The position numbers and the translations under genes were made by a program. Shown here piece by piece: positions 44,091 through 54,012 of a DNA stretch of 64,000 nucleotides (positions are counted from its first letter, which is position 1; every line of letters begins with the position of its first letter). The DNA is taken from the NCBI GenBank assembly GCA_041664945.1, contig JBAYJY010000001.1, positions 5,976-69,975 of the forward strand. Reading direction: 5' to 3'. Below the pieces are notes generated by a model, which was given only the letters and a program-made list of their open reading frames with translations, made no database searches and was not told where the DNA came from. Origin of the DNA: a bacterium. Lineage in GTDB: Bacteria; UBP15; UBA6099.

Positions 44091-45326
44091 TCAGTCGAAA
44101 CCGATCATCGCGGAAATGATCGGAAAGTGGGTTTTCGTGTCGATTTCGCTGATCGAGATGTCGGACGGTTCGCCGCTGAGCCAGTTTGAGTTGAGCTGGT
44201 GAAATTTTTCGGACAGCGGATTTTGGAAAGAGTAATCGGATTCGATGTAATCGCCGTGCCTGAAGAGCGCATGGTCGGGATTGAATGGTTCGCCGATTTG
44301 GAGAGGGAAAGAGCCGTCCGGCCAGACGTTCATGACAGGAGGCTGCCAGGCGTCCGGCTTGGCCGCAGGGCCGGCATTTTCGTTGATGCGATAGATGGCG
44401 AGGCCTGCCGACTTGATCAGCGGGTCGTACAGGCCGCCCGGCGCGCGGTTTTCGATGACATAGTATTCGGAGTCGCCGCCGATTGTGTAAACGTCGCCCG
44501 ATGTTCGCGAGGGGAGAAGAAACAGCTTGCGGACAGGCCCGTCGATCTTGATTTCGCGCGCCCAGCCCGCGCGCAGGCGGCTGTAGCCGTCCAGCAACGG
44601 GATGCCGTTTTCGTCCGCCCGGATGCCTGAAAGAGACAGGCACACGCCGCCCTTCGAATCCGGCCCGGCGCCCATGTCGGCAAAACCCATCAGGCCCGCG
44701 AATCCACGCAATATATCGTAGTCCGACGCGTCGATCCCGGCGATCAGCGTAGGCCCTGGCTTTACGTTCCCGAGCGTTGTTTCGCCGCCCTCGTCCGGAA
44801 AAATATTGAAACTGCCGCGCAAACCGTCCACGAGGACGATCATGCCGTCGGCGCGTCCGTCGGGAGTGTTCGTCTGGCCGCTGATATCGTACGCCGCCGG
44901 CTCGTAAACGCCTTGATCCGCCAGAGCGCGAAGCTTGTCGGCGATCAGCATGAACCACTTGTCCTTGTCAGCCGCGCCGCCGGCCGGAAATAGTTTGCCG
45001 TCGAGGCTCGCTACGAGCGGCGCAATCCGCGCGTCGTAAACCGACAGCGAATTCTCGCTCCAGTAATTTCGAAAAGTATTCGCGGAGAGATCGTTGCCGA
45101 AGAGCGGCCTTTGCGCGGCCGATCGCGCGGCGGAATCGTTGTCTGAGAGAATCAGGACCGGAATCCGAACGTTGCCGAAGCGCGGGATTTTTGACGCTCC
45201 GACATTGTCCGGCGGCGAGAACATGTCCTGCGCCGCGCAAAAGGCAGGGCCGGAAACTGTCGAAAACAATAATAGCAGCAGCAAAACGGTTCCCGCTTTA
45301 TATGTCACGTTAGCGATTGGATTCAC
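44091..45326 (-). CDS. secreted M6 (InhA)-peptidase-like protein lacking the HExxH motif
   Basis: Signal peptide. Blocks resemble the M6 domain (FRNYWSENSL, PDGRADGMIVLVDG, YSRLRAGWA, EYYVIENRAPGGLYD..GLAIYRINE). At the expected HEFGHxLGxPD position the sequence is RGFAGLMGFAD. Confidence 0.5.
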   Translation of the reverse strand: MNPIANVTYKAGTVLLLLLLFSTVSGPAFCAAQDMFSPPDNVGASKIPRFGNVRIPVLILSDNDSAARSAAQRPLFGNDLSANTFRNYWSENSLSVYDARIAPLVASLDGKLFPAGGAADKDKWFMLIADKLRALADQGVYEPAAYDISGQTNTPDGRADGMIVLVDGLRGSFNIFPDEGGETTLGNVKPGPTLIAGIDASDYDILRGFAGLMGFADMGAGPDSKGGVCLSLSGIRADENGIPLLDGYSRLRAGWAREIKIDGPVRKLFLLPSRTSGDVYTIGGDSEYYVIENRAPGGLYDPLIKSAGLAIYRINENAGPAAKPDAWQPPVMNVWPDGSFPLQIGEPFNPDHALFRHGDYIESDYSFQNPLSEKFHQLNSNWLSGEPSDISISEIDTKTHFPIISAMIGFD

Positions 45327-45382
45327 GAAAGAATCCTTAATATTATTTTGCGTGGGGCGAAAATGGCCGGCCCCGGTTTCAG

Positions 45383-45427
45383 CCGAAAGAAATAAAGAGC
45401 GGGGGCGATCCAGTCGGCCGCCCCCGC
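45383..45427 (-). terminator. rho-independent terminator after the PFK gene
   Basis: On the minus strand: GCGGGGGCG-loop-CGCCCCCGC followed by TCTTTATTTCTTT. Confidence 0.7.
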
Positions 45428-45440
45428 AGTCCTATCAGGT

Positions 45441-46580
45441 TCAGTTCATTTTCATTCCGAGAGTTCGCCGTGTCGCGATGTAGCGTTCCTTGTCGTATTC
45501 CGTGTCGACATCAACGCGGTTCGTCATAGTGATGCCGTTTTCGTCTTTGCGGATCGCGTCAAGGATCGGAATGCTGGTGATGACGTTATCTCTGAGGCAA
45601 ACCATGAGGCCGTAAGCGCGCTGAGCGATAAGCTCTGCGGCCGCGAGGCCGAACGCGCGGCCCATGCGAACGTCTATCTGGCTCGGCTCTCCGCCGCGCT
45701 GCAGGTGGCTCAGCACCACGAAGCGCACTTCGGCGAAGCCGGCTTTCTTGATCTCTTTCGCGAGGTTTTCGCCAACGCCGCCAAGAAGCACGTGTCCGAA
45801 TTCATCAAGTTCCTTCGACAGTACAACGTCGTGCCGTCGAACCGGTTTCGCGCCTTCCGCGACCACGAGGATGTCGTACCGCGCCCCGCTGTGCTTGCGC
45901 GCTTCGAGCGTTTTGATGACCTTTTCCAACTCAAAATCGACTTCGGGGATGAGAATCATGCAGGCGCCGCCGGCTATCCCGCCCTGCAGCGCGAGGTGTC
46001 CTGCGTGCCGGCCCATCGTCTCGACCACGAATATCCGGTTGTGCGACCCGGCTGTCGTCCGCAGGCGCCCGATCTCTTCCTTGATGACCTCGACTGCTGT
46101 TGCGAATCCGAGACTATAGTCCGTTCCTATCAGGTCTTTGTCGATCGTCTTCGGAATGCTTACGACATTGATGCCCTCTTTGGTCAGGCCCATCGAAACG
46201 CTCTGCGTATCCTCGCCGCCTATGGCAATGATCGCGTCGAGCTCAAGTTTCTTTATGTTTGTCAGCGTTTTCTTCAGCGATTCCTCGCTCTTGAACGGGT
46301 TTGTGCGCGACGAAAACAGGTTCGTGCCGCCGTGGCGGTCCCATGTCCGCACGATGCCTTCGTCCAGATGCATTATGTTGTCCGGGTCGTTTCCAGTCGC
46401 GTCCGGCGAAAAATTCTGTAGTCCGCCCCAGCCGTTTTTAATGCCGACGACCTCGAAATCCCGGTCGTATTGCTTTTGCAGATTCGGGTCCAGCAGACCC
46501 TTGGTCGCCCATTTGACCGCCGCGTTCAAGCCGGCGCAGTCGCCTCCGCCTGTCAGTATCCCCACTCGCTCTTTCTTCAT
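45441..46580 (-). CDS. pfkA: 6-phosphofructokinase (motifs suggest a PPi-dependent type)
   Basis: GILTGGGDCAGLNAAV, IGGEDTQS in place of GGDGS, ETMGRHAGHLAL. Start at the MKKERVG Met, which follows GGAGGTGG. Confidence 0.9.
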   Translation of the reverse strand: MKKERVGILTGGGDCAGLNAAVKWATKGLLDPNLQKQYDRDFEVVGIKNGWGGLQNFSPDATGNDPDNIMHLDEGIVRTWDRHGGTNLFSSRTNPFKSEESLKKTLTNIKKLELDAIIAIGGEDTQSVSMGLTKEGINVVSIPKTIDKDLIGTDYSLGFATAVEVIKEEIGRLRTTAGSHNRIFVVETMGRHAGHLALQGGIAGGACMILIPEVDFELEKVIKTLEARKHSGARYDILVVAEGAKPVRRHDVVLSKELDEFGHVLLGGVGENLAKEIKKAGFAEVRFVVLSHLQRGGEPSQIDVRMGRAFGLAAAELIAQRAYGLMVCLRDNVITSIPILDAIRKDENGITMTNRVDVDTEYDKERYIATRRTLGMKMN

Positions 46581-46683
46581 TGCTTCCACCTCTCTTGACC
46601 TTATATTGTTTTCTTTCCATTTACTAAAAAAACGCAATCCGAAAAATATAGTACAGATTCCCGGCGCCCGCAAGAGCCGGTTT

Positions 46684-47910
46684 TCAGCCGCTTTGGGTGT
46701 AGTGGTCGGCGAGATATTCCGCCAGCGAGTATATCTGAAGCCCGGCGGTCGCCGCGCCTTTGAATGCCGAGACGCAGGCCGGGCATTCGGTGAGCAGCGT
46801 CTGCGCGCCGGACTCGCGCGCTTCAGCCAGCCGCCGCGCGGTTACTCCGTCCGCGACCTTCGCGTCCAGGATGAACGTGCCTTCCGCCGACCCGCAGCAC
46901 AGTGCGTCGGTCCGATTGTGTTTCAACTCGATCGGTTCCGTGCCGAGCCGCCGGATCAGTTCGCGCGGCGCTTCGAACACGCCGCCGCGCCGTCCGAGGA
47001 AGCACGGGTCGTGGTAGGCGAGCGGCGTCTCCGCCCTCCGGACCTTGAACGGGATGCCGGCCAGAAATTCGGTTATGTGAACGACTTCGAACGCCTCGCT
47101 ATAGGGGGAATGCCGTTTCATTATCTCCATTACGTGCGGGTCCGAAACGATCACCTTCCGGGCTCCGGCCGCGCGGATGGCCTCGATGTTCGCCGCGACT
47201 CCGGCGTAATCGCCGAGCCCCGCCCCTGTTGCCTGATGGAGACAGCCGGCGCATCGTTCGTCTATCGTCGTGAAGTCGATCCCGAGCGCCCGCAGGAACT
47301 CCAAAACCTTACGAGTGGCTTTGGGCGTCAGCGATCTGCCGCCGCAGCCCGCGAAATATACGATATCCGCTTTTTCTTTCTTAAAGTCCTCGAACGTGTC
47401 CTCCGCCGGCCCGTAAACGGTTTCTCCGGCGGCGATGCGTTCGAGAGACGGCCCGTAAATCTTCATCAGTTTCGGGTCTTTGATCTCCATCGCCTTGCGG
47501 CGGACGAGCATAACAAGCGCCGGGATGTCGATCCCGCGCGAGCAGGCGCGGGCGCATGCGCCGCATTGCGCGCAATTGTATATCGAGTCGCGGGTGGACC
47601 CGAATTCCGGATAGGAGCGCGACAGCGAAACTGCGATGCTGTCCGGCGCACGGTAGGAACCCGCGTCGGACGGCGGGTAAACCGGGCATACGCTTACGCA
47701 CATCCCGCAGTTGATGCAGCGTTCGTAGCCGATGAGTTCATCCCGGTCCGCGGGTTTGAGCGGAACGAGCAGGTCTTCCGCGTAGTATTCGTTGAATTTG
47801 CGCATCTCGGAGCCCGGCGCCGGCCGCTTGAAGATGCGCCGGAACACGTGTATCCAAAAGTGGACGCCGAGGTTGCCTATCGCATATAACGCTTTTGAGT
47901 CCAGTCCCAT
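46684..47910 (-). CDS. glpC: anaerobic glycerol-3-phosphate dehydrogenase subunit C (Fe-S/CCG-domain protein)
   Basis: CINCGMCVSVCP and CAQCGACARAC ferredoxin motifs plus two Cys-rich CCG-type repeats. Lies downstream of glpA-glpB. Confidence 0.8.
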   Translation of the reverse strand: MGLDSKALYAIGNLGVHFWIHVFRRIFKRPAPGSEMRKFNEYYAEDLLVPLKPADRDELIGYERCINCGMCVSVCPVYPPSDAGSYRAPDSIAVSLSRSYPEFGSTRDSIYNCAQCGACARACSRGIDIPALVMLVRRKAMEIKDPKLMKIYGPSLERIAAGETVYGPAEDTFEDFKKEKADIVYFAGCGGRSLTPKATRKVLEFLRALGIDFTTIDERCAGCLHQATGAGLGDYAGVAANIEAIRAAGARKVIVSDPHVMEIMKRHSPYSEAFEVVHITEFLAGIPFKVRRAETPLAYHDPCFLGRRGGVFEAPRELIRRLGTEPIELKHNRTDALCCGSAEGTFILDAKVADGVTARRLAEARESGAQTLLTECPACVSAFKGAATAGLQIYSLAEYLADHYTQSG

Positions 47911-47911
47911 A

Positions 47912-49231
47912 TCAGCCTATGTAATTTCCGGCGAGAGCGCCTGTTATGATCGAAACTCCGGCGCCGCAGCGGTCGAACATCGGGTCATAACCCCCTATGA
48001 TCGAGCCGGCGCACATCAGGTTTTCAAATGCCGGGTTCCCTTCCTCGTCCAGCGGCCGGAGAGACGTGTCGATCCTGACTCCGCACGCGAACAATTGCTG
48101 CCTGTCTACTATTTTCTCTGTTAAGAGATCCATCATCACGGCGTTCCGAACCGGTTTGTCCTTCACGAACACCGGCAGGTCGAAAAGCGTTTCCTGAAGC
48201 TGGGCGCCGTGTTTGATGCCGCCGCCTATGAATTTGCCGCTCGCGAGGATCGCGCCGCGCGTTTGGAACTCTTGCTTCGCGCCGTACGGCAATTCGGCGG
48301 TTATTGAAGAGATCGCGCCTGACGAGGCTGTGAATCCTGCCGCGCGGCCGCTTACCGTTTCTACGCCCGCTTTGTCCAGCGCCGCCTGAAGCGCGCGCAT
48401 CAGCCGGTCGCCCGGAACGGACGGCTGGACGGTCGCGATCTCGAACGCTTCCATGCCGAGCGCTTTGCTCAGAATCGCGAGGATGTCTCCAGCGCGTTCT
48501 ATGCCCATGACCGCCGGCAGCGCCAGGTGCGTGTACTCGCCGCGCGGCAGGAATGAATTTATTTTTTCAGCGAGCTTTTCCGCATAACCCGGCTGGTCCA
48601 GCAGTCCGGCTATCTGGAAAGGCGTCATGTTTGAGAACCCGTCTGCGCCCTGAAGAGAGATTTCATAGCTTTCGACTTTGTCGAAGCCGCGCCCGAAGAT
48701 TCTGATCGCGGCGGCGTCGGCTGATTTCGCGACAAAAGCGGCGTTGAACTCGTTCAAGCCTTCGAAGCCGACGAAGGCGATGCGCATCGCGCCGGGCTCC
48801 CGGATGTCGCCCGCGGCGAGGCCGGGAAGGGCGAAGCGCGTTCGCTTCATTGTTCCGAGGTTGCCGATAAGCAGCAGATGGCGGTCCATTCCGCCTTCCG
48901 CCTGCTGCCCGCCGGCGGCCAGCGAGGCCATGAAGAAATGGATCGCGTCCTCGAATGACTCGCGCGCCGAAGCGCCGCCCAGCGCGCTGTACGGGTGGTA
49001 TGGGTTGGCGATGGCCAGGGCCTTCAGGTTCGCCTCGAAGGAAGGATTGTCGGGTATTTCGGCGGCGCGGGGTTTAGCCGGGTCCGGGTCTATATCGAAC
49101 ATGCCAGTGGACATGCGTGTTGCGCCGGGCTTGTCGTTAATCAGCAAAACGCGTTCGAGCCGCCGCTTCGCCGAAAGGGCGGCCGCGCAGCCCGCGAGCC
49201 CGCCGCCGACCACTATTACATCATACTCCAT
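47912..49231 (-). CDS. glpB: anaerobic glycerol-3-phosphate dehydrogenase subunit B
   Basis: MEYDVIVVGGGLAGCAAAL FAD motif. Size and position between glpA and glpC. Confidence 0.8.
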   Translation of the reverse strand: MEYDVIVVGGGLAGCAAALSAKRRLERVLLINDKPGATRMSTGMFDIDPDPAKPRAAEIPDNPSFEANLKALAIANPYHPYSALGGASARESFEDAIHFFMASLAAGGQQAEGGMDRHLLLIGNLGTMKRTRFALPGLAAGDIREPGAMRIAFVGFEGLNEFNAAFVAKSADAAAIRIFGRGFDKVESYEISLQGADGFSNMTPFQIAGLLDQPGYAEKLAEKINSFLPRGEYTHLALPAVMGIERAGDILAILSKALGMEAFEIATVQPSVPGDRLMRALQAALDKAGVETVSGRAAGFTASSGAISSITAELPYGAKQEFQTRGAILASGKFIGGGIKHGAQLQETLFDLPVFVKDKPVRNAVMMDLLTEKIVDRQQLFACGVRIDTSLRPLDEEGNPAFENLMCAGSIIGGYDPMFDRCGAGVSIITGALAGNYIG

Positions 49232-50876
49232 AATCGCTCACGAATTCCCCGTAATTCCCGGCTGTGAAATAGATCGCCCGGTTGAGTTCCTCCTGAGCGA
49301 TCTGTTCGCCGCGCAGGATCGGGAATTTTCCTTTCCAGCGCTGCTGCATGAATTCAGCGGCCGACTGCCACGCCTGCTCGGGCGTCATGCCTGTCTCTTC
49401 GGCGAGGATCGCCGCCGCCTTGTAGTTGCAGCGCGCGCTCTGGCACGGGCCGGTCCCCATGCGCGTCCGCCGCCGGATGTCGTCGGGCGTCCGCGCCCAC
49501 TCGTGTCTTATAACATATCTTATTTCTGCTTCCATCACCGGCTCGCAGCGGCAGACGAAGTTGGCCAGCCGCCGGTTGCTTTTTATCATTTCGAGTATCC
49601 GAACGCATCGCGACCCCTGCCGCGTGAAAAGCCGCCGCACCGCATAGGCGGGAACATTGTATTCGGCGGCGAGCGCGTCGAGGTCAGGGGCGGAGTCGCC
49701 GCCCGGCAACGGTTCCTTGTGCGTCCGGCAATCGGCGCATACGTTAAGCTTTTTGCATATCAGGTCGGTTGTTTCCTCGGCCATGATGCGGAATGTGGCG
49801 AGCTTGCCTCCGGCTACGCTGACGAAGCCGGGCACGCCGTCGCGCGTTTCATGGTCGAAAATCTCGTGTTCGCGCGTCAGCTTGTCCTCGATCTTGCGCC
49901 ACTCGAAGAGCGTCGGCCGCACGCCGGTCATGACACGGATCATGCGGTGTTCGCGAATGGACGGGAACACGCGTTCGAGCGCCTGAAGCAGGTATTCGAT
50001 CTCGTCGTGAGTCGCGGTCAGGTGATCGAGATCGCCGTAGAAGTCGTCGTCCGTGCAGCCCATCATCGTCGAGTTTTCATAGGGCATGATAAGGACTTGG
50101 CGGCCGTCCACAGCTTCGGCGACCACCGCGTAGTTTGTTATTCTGCGGTCGAAGAAAACGTTAATGCCCTTTCCGGGGCGCAGCTTCACTTCAACGCCGG
50201 CCATGTCGGCGACCTTCGACGTCCACGGCCCGGCGGCGTTGACGATGAGCTTCGCCGACACGTTCTGCTCTACTCCGGTCAGAAGGTCCTTTAATAAAAG
50301 GCCGGTCACGGCGCCTGCGTCATTTTTCAGTATTTTCAGCGCCTTCGTGTGATTGCGGATGTCCGCGCCATGTTCGCTCGCGGAGACCGCGTTGCCCGCG
50401 CAGAGACGGAACGGGTTGATTCCGTACTCGTCGATTGTTACCGCGCCGACGATGTTCTCCGAGAGGCCGGGCTCGATCTGTCTCGCTTCGGCGGGGCTCA
50501 GCCGCGTGTGTTTCTTGCTCTTCTTCAAATGCGCGAAATCGTCGTAACATTCCATGAATGTCTCGACGAGGTCTATCGGATAGGAGTCGCCTTTCATCAC
50601 GGGCGTGATGAAAGGGATTCTGAAGAGCAGGTGCGGCGCGATCTGCTGAATGAAGCCGCTGTCCGTGCACGACATCTTTGTGGTTTTAACATCGTAGAGA
50701 AGATAGCGCAGGCCGCCGTGGATCATGCCCATGCAGGCGCCCGTCGTACCGCCGGCGAAATCCTTTTTCTCGACCAGCATCGTTTTTAGTCCGCGCATCG
50801 CGCAGTCGCGCGCCACTCCCGAACCTACAACTCCGCCGCCGATAACCACTACGTCATACGTCGCAACTTCAGTCAT
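49221..50876 (-). CDS. glpA: anaerobic glycerol-3-phosphate dehydrogenase subunit A
   Basis: YDVVVIGGGVVGSGVARDCAMRGLKT. C-terminal BFD-like 2Fe-2S region (CRCEPV..CQSARC). The start is ATG 50876 or GTG 50906. Confidence 0.85.
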   Translation of the reverse strand: MTEVATYDVVVIGGGVVGSGVARDCAMRGLKTMLVEKKDFAGGTTGACMGMIHGGLRYLLYDVKTTKMSCTDSGFIQQIAPHLLFRIPFITPVMKGDSYPIDLVETFMECYDDFAHLKKSKKHTRLSPAEARQIEPGLSENIVGAVTIDEYGINPFRLCAGNAVSASEHGADIRNHTKALKILKNDAGAVTGLLLKDLLTGVEQNVSAKLIVNAAGPWTSKVADMAGVEVKLRPGKGINVFFDRRITNYAVVAEAVDGRQVLIMPYENSTMMGCTDDDFYGDLDHLTATHDEIEYLLQALERVFPSIREHRMIRVMTGVRPTLFEWRKIEDKLTREHEIFDHETRDGVPGFVSVAGGKLATFRIMAEETTDLICKKLNVCADCRTHKEPLPGGDSAPDLDALAAEYNVPAYAVRRLFTRQGSRCVRILEMIKSNRRLANFVCRCEPVMEAEIRYVIRHEWARTPDDIRRRTRMGTGPCQSARCNYKAAAILAEETGMTPEQAWQSAAEFMQQRWKGKFPILRGEQIAQEELNRAIYFTAGNYGEFVSDYGV

Positions 50877-51064
50877 AATCCCTCGCCAGCCGCCATATTC
50901 TTTCACAGTATACTACCGCAGGCGCCAATTGCCAATGAATAAAGCATGCCCTTTGAAAAACGGCAGGCTCGGGATTAAACAAAAACCAGTCGGTTGCAGC
51001 GACACGCGGAAAGAATAAAGCGCTATAATAGCCGCGTAAAACATTTACGATCGGAGTGTTTCGG

Positions 51065-53884
51065 ATGCCGGATGAAAAAAAGAAGATTCTTTTAATAGAC
51101 ACTTTCGGGTTGCTCTACCGTTTTTATTATATTCTGCCGAAGATGAAGACGGCGGACGGCGCGCCGACAAGCGCGATTTACGGGCTGACCCGCGTGCTGA
51201 TCAAGCTCGCGAACGAGATGAAGCCGGACTACATAGCCGTCGTGATGGAATCGAAATCGCAGACTTTCCGGCACAAGGAATTCGAGGCTTACAAGGCGCA
51301 TCGCGACCGCATGCCGGACGACCTGCGCTCTCAGTTGCCTATTGTCGATGAACTGCTCGACGCCATCGGCATCGCCACCGCGCGTGTCGAAGGCTTCGAA
51401 GCGGACGATGTGATCGGCACGCTCGCGAAGCTTGGCTCCGAAAGCGGCCTTGATGTCGGCGTTATCACAGGCGACAAGGACCTGCTCCAGCTCGTGGACG
51501 ACAACGTATGCGTCATGATGTCGAAAAAGGGCGTAACGGACATGGACTCCTACGACCGTGAGCGCGTCAAGGAGACGATGGGGGTTTATCCGGAAAATAT
51601 ACCGGATAAAAAGGGGCTCGAGGGCGATTCATCCGACAACATCCCCGGCGTGCCGGGAGTCGGCCCGAAGACCGCCGCGATTCTGCTCGAAAAGTACGTA
51701 ACGATCGAGAAGCTTTACGAGTCGCTCGACGAGATTGACAAAAAGCCACTTCGCGAGAAGCTGGAAACGAATCGCGAGCTGGCGGCGCTGAGCAAGCGGC
51801 TGGCGACGATCGTGCGGGATGTGCCGATGGAGAGCGGCTTCGAGCGGTTCCGCCGCCCGGCTCTCGATCCGGCGGCTCTCGAACCGTTTCTAAAAAAATA
51901 CGAATTCACAACCATATTAAAGGAAATAAATAAGGCAATTAAAGCCGCAAGCCCGGTCGATGAGCCTGCCGGAACAGTCGGCGAGCAGCTCGAATCGAAA
52001 TTCCGCGCGGTTTTCACCGAATCGGAAATAGTGAAGCTGTTGGACCGAGCGCGCGCCGCGAAACGGCTTTGCATCGACGTCGAGACCGAAGGACTGGACC
52101 CGTTTAATGACAGAATAGTGGGCTACGCGCTGGCGGTCGATCCCGGCGACGCGATGTATGTTCCTGTTCGGCACCGGACAGGCGCCGCGGCTGAGCAGGG
52201 CGACATGTTTGGCCCGGCTACGGGAGAGAAAAGCGCCGCCGACGCCAAGGATGACGAAAAACAATTGCCGGCCGCGCGCGTGATGGAACTCCTGCGGCCC
52301 GTTCTCGATGACCCGGAGATCGGCAAGTGGGGGCACAATCTGAAGTTCGACCTGTTAATGCTGCGCAACGAAGGCGGGCCGGGCGCCGGCGCGCTTGTCG
52401 AAAACGTCGGCTACGACTCGATACTCGCCGCCTATCTCGCTGACCCGGAACTGCGCCGCTACGCGCTGAAACCATTGGCAGAGAACATGCTCGGCGCAAA
52501 GTTCCGCACGTATGAGGACATGGTCGGCAAGGGGAAAACGCAGAAGAAATTTTCGGAAGTGCCGATAGAAGACGCCATCGATTACGCGTGCGCGGATGTC
52601 GACGCGGTTCTGCGGATCGAAACGGCTCTGACGGAACGGCTTCGCGAGAACGGCCTCGAACGCGTGTTCTCCGAAATGGAAATCCCGCTCGTGCCCGTTC
52701 TCGCCGAAATGGAATGGAACGGCATTGCCATAGATAAAAAGGTTCTCGCGAATCTTTCCGACCAGTTCACGTTGCGCGAGAACGCTATCCGTCAGGAAAT
52801 TCGGCAACTGACCGGCAAGGAATTGAATCTTAATTCGCCAAAGCAGGTCGCGGAACTGCTGTTCGACACGCTGGGACTGCGCAAGGTGCGCAAGGACTCG
52901 ACGGACATCGCGGCTCTCGAACAACTCGCCGGCGACCATACGGCGGTTCCTTTGCTGATCGAGTACAGACATCTGAGCAAGTTGCGCGGGACGTATGTCG
53001 ACGCGCTGCCGAAGCTGGAGAACACGCGCACCGGGCGGATTCACACGACGTTCAACCAGACGCTGACCGCGACCGGGCGGCTGTCGTCGTCCGACCCGAA
53101 TTTGCAGAACATACCTGTTCGTTCGGAAGAAGGCCGCGAAATACGACGCGCGTTCGTGCCCGGCGACTCCTCGAACATTCTGATCTCAGCGGACTACTCG
53201 CAGATCGAAATCAGGCTGCTCGCCGAGCTTTCAGAGGATCCGATTCTCATGGACACGTTCAATAAAGGCGAGGACGTCCATACGCGCACGGCGGCGGAGG
53301 TGTTCGGCGTTTCGCTGGACGAAGTTTCTAAAGATCAGCGCCGTTACGCGAAGACGATCAACTTCGGACTGATCTACGGAATGCGCGAATTCAGGCTGTC
53401 GCAGCAGCTCGGCATCTCGCGACACGAGGCGGCCGATTTCATAGAAAAATATTTCGCGAGATATCCGAAGGTGCGAGAGTTCATAGAGACGACGAAAGCG
53501 CAGATTGTGAGCGATGGATACATCACTACGATGTTCGGCCGCAAGCGGACGGTGGACGACGTGAAGTCGGCGAACAAAATGGAGCAGGAGGCGGGCCTGC
53601 GAGCGGCGTTCAACACGCGCCTGCAGGGGACGGCGGCGGATATCATGAAGATGGCTATGATCCGCGTGTATAAAAAAACACGCGCCGCCGAGCTGGACGC
53701 CAAACTGCTGTTGCAGGTGCATGACGAACTTGTGTTCGAGGCGGCGAAGGATAAGGTTGCCGAGGTAGCGGCGATAGTGCGCGAGGCTATGGAGAGCGCG
53801 GGCGAGGGATGGGTGGATTTCAAGGTGAAGCTTGTCGCTGACGTGAAAGCCGGCCCGAACTGGCTGGATATGGAAGCGATCTGA
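51065..53884 (+). CDS. polA: DNA polymerase I
   Basis: 5'-nuclease domain, 3'-5' exo motif IDVETEGLD, and polymerase motifs (DYSQIEIRLLA, RRYAKTINFGLIYG, QVHDELVFE). Confidence 0.95.
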   Translation: MPDEKKKILLIDTFGLLYRFYYILPKMKTADGAPTSAIYGLTRVLIKLANEMKPDYIAVVMESKSQTFRHKEFEAYKAHRDRMPDDLRSQLPIVDELLDAIGIATARVEGFEADDVIGTLAKLGSESGLDVGVITGDKDLLQLVDDNVCVMMSKKGVTDMDSYDRERVKETMGVYPENIPDKKGLEGDSSDNIPGVPGVGPKTAAILLEKYVTIEKLYESLDEIDKKPLREKLETNRELAALSKRLATIVRDVPMESGFERFRRPALDPAALEPFLKKYEFTTILKEINKAIKAASPVDEPAGTVGEQLESKFRAVFTESEIVKLLDRARAAKRLCIDVETEGLDPFNDRIVGYALAVDPGDAMYVPVRHRTGAAAEQGDMFGPATGEKSAADAKDDEKQLPAARVMELLRPVLDDPEIGKWGHNLKFDLLMLRNEGGPGAGALVENVGYDSILAAYLADPELRRYALKPLAENMLGAKFRTYEDMVGKGKTQKKFSEVPIEDAIDYACADVDAVLRIETALTERLRENGLERVFSEMEIPLVPVLAEMEWNGIAIDKKVLANLSDQFTLRENAIRQEIRQLTGKELNLNSPKQVAELLFDTLGLRKVRKDSTDIAALEQLAGDHTAVPLLIEYRHLSKLRGTYVDALPKLENTRTGRIHTTFNQTLTATGRLSSSDPNLQNIPVRSEEGREIRRAFVPGDSSNILISADYSQIEIRLLAELSEDPILMDTFNKGEDVHTRTAAEVFGVSLDEVSKDQRRYAKTINFGLIYGMREFRLSQQLGISRHEAADFIEKYFARYPKVREFIETTKAQIVSDGYITTMFGRKRTVDDVKSANKMEQEAGLRAAFNTRLQGTAADIMKMAMIRVYKKTRAAELDAKLLLQVHDELVFEAAKDKVAEVAAIVREAMESAGEGWVDFKVKLVADVKAGPNWLDMEAI

Positions 53885-54012
53885 AAGGCAGTGGCGAGCG
53901 GTCAGGGAAAAAATGAATGGCGGCGCGGGAAATCGCGCGAAGTGTGAAAAAGTTTGAAAGGATTTTAAGGGAGACTTATTAAAGTTTTCCTTAAGACACA
54001 GGAAATATCCGT

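Noticed and set aside
46138-47889. 583-aa plus-strand ORF
   Set aside because: It lies antisense to the well-supported PFK and glpC genes. The translation is Arg/Pro/Ala/Gly-rich low-information sequence, typical of shadow ORFs in GC-rich DNA.
48678-50294. 538-aa plus-strand ORF
   Set aside because: It lies antisense to glpB/glpA and has the same shadow-ORF composition, with no motifs.
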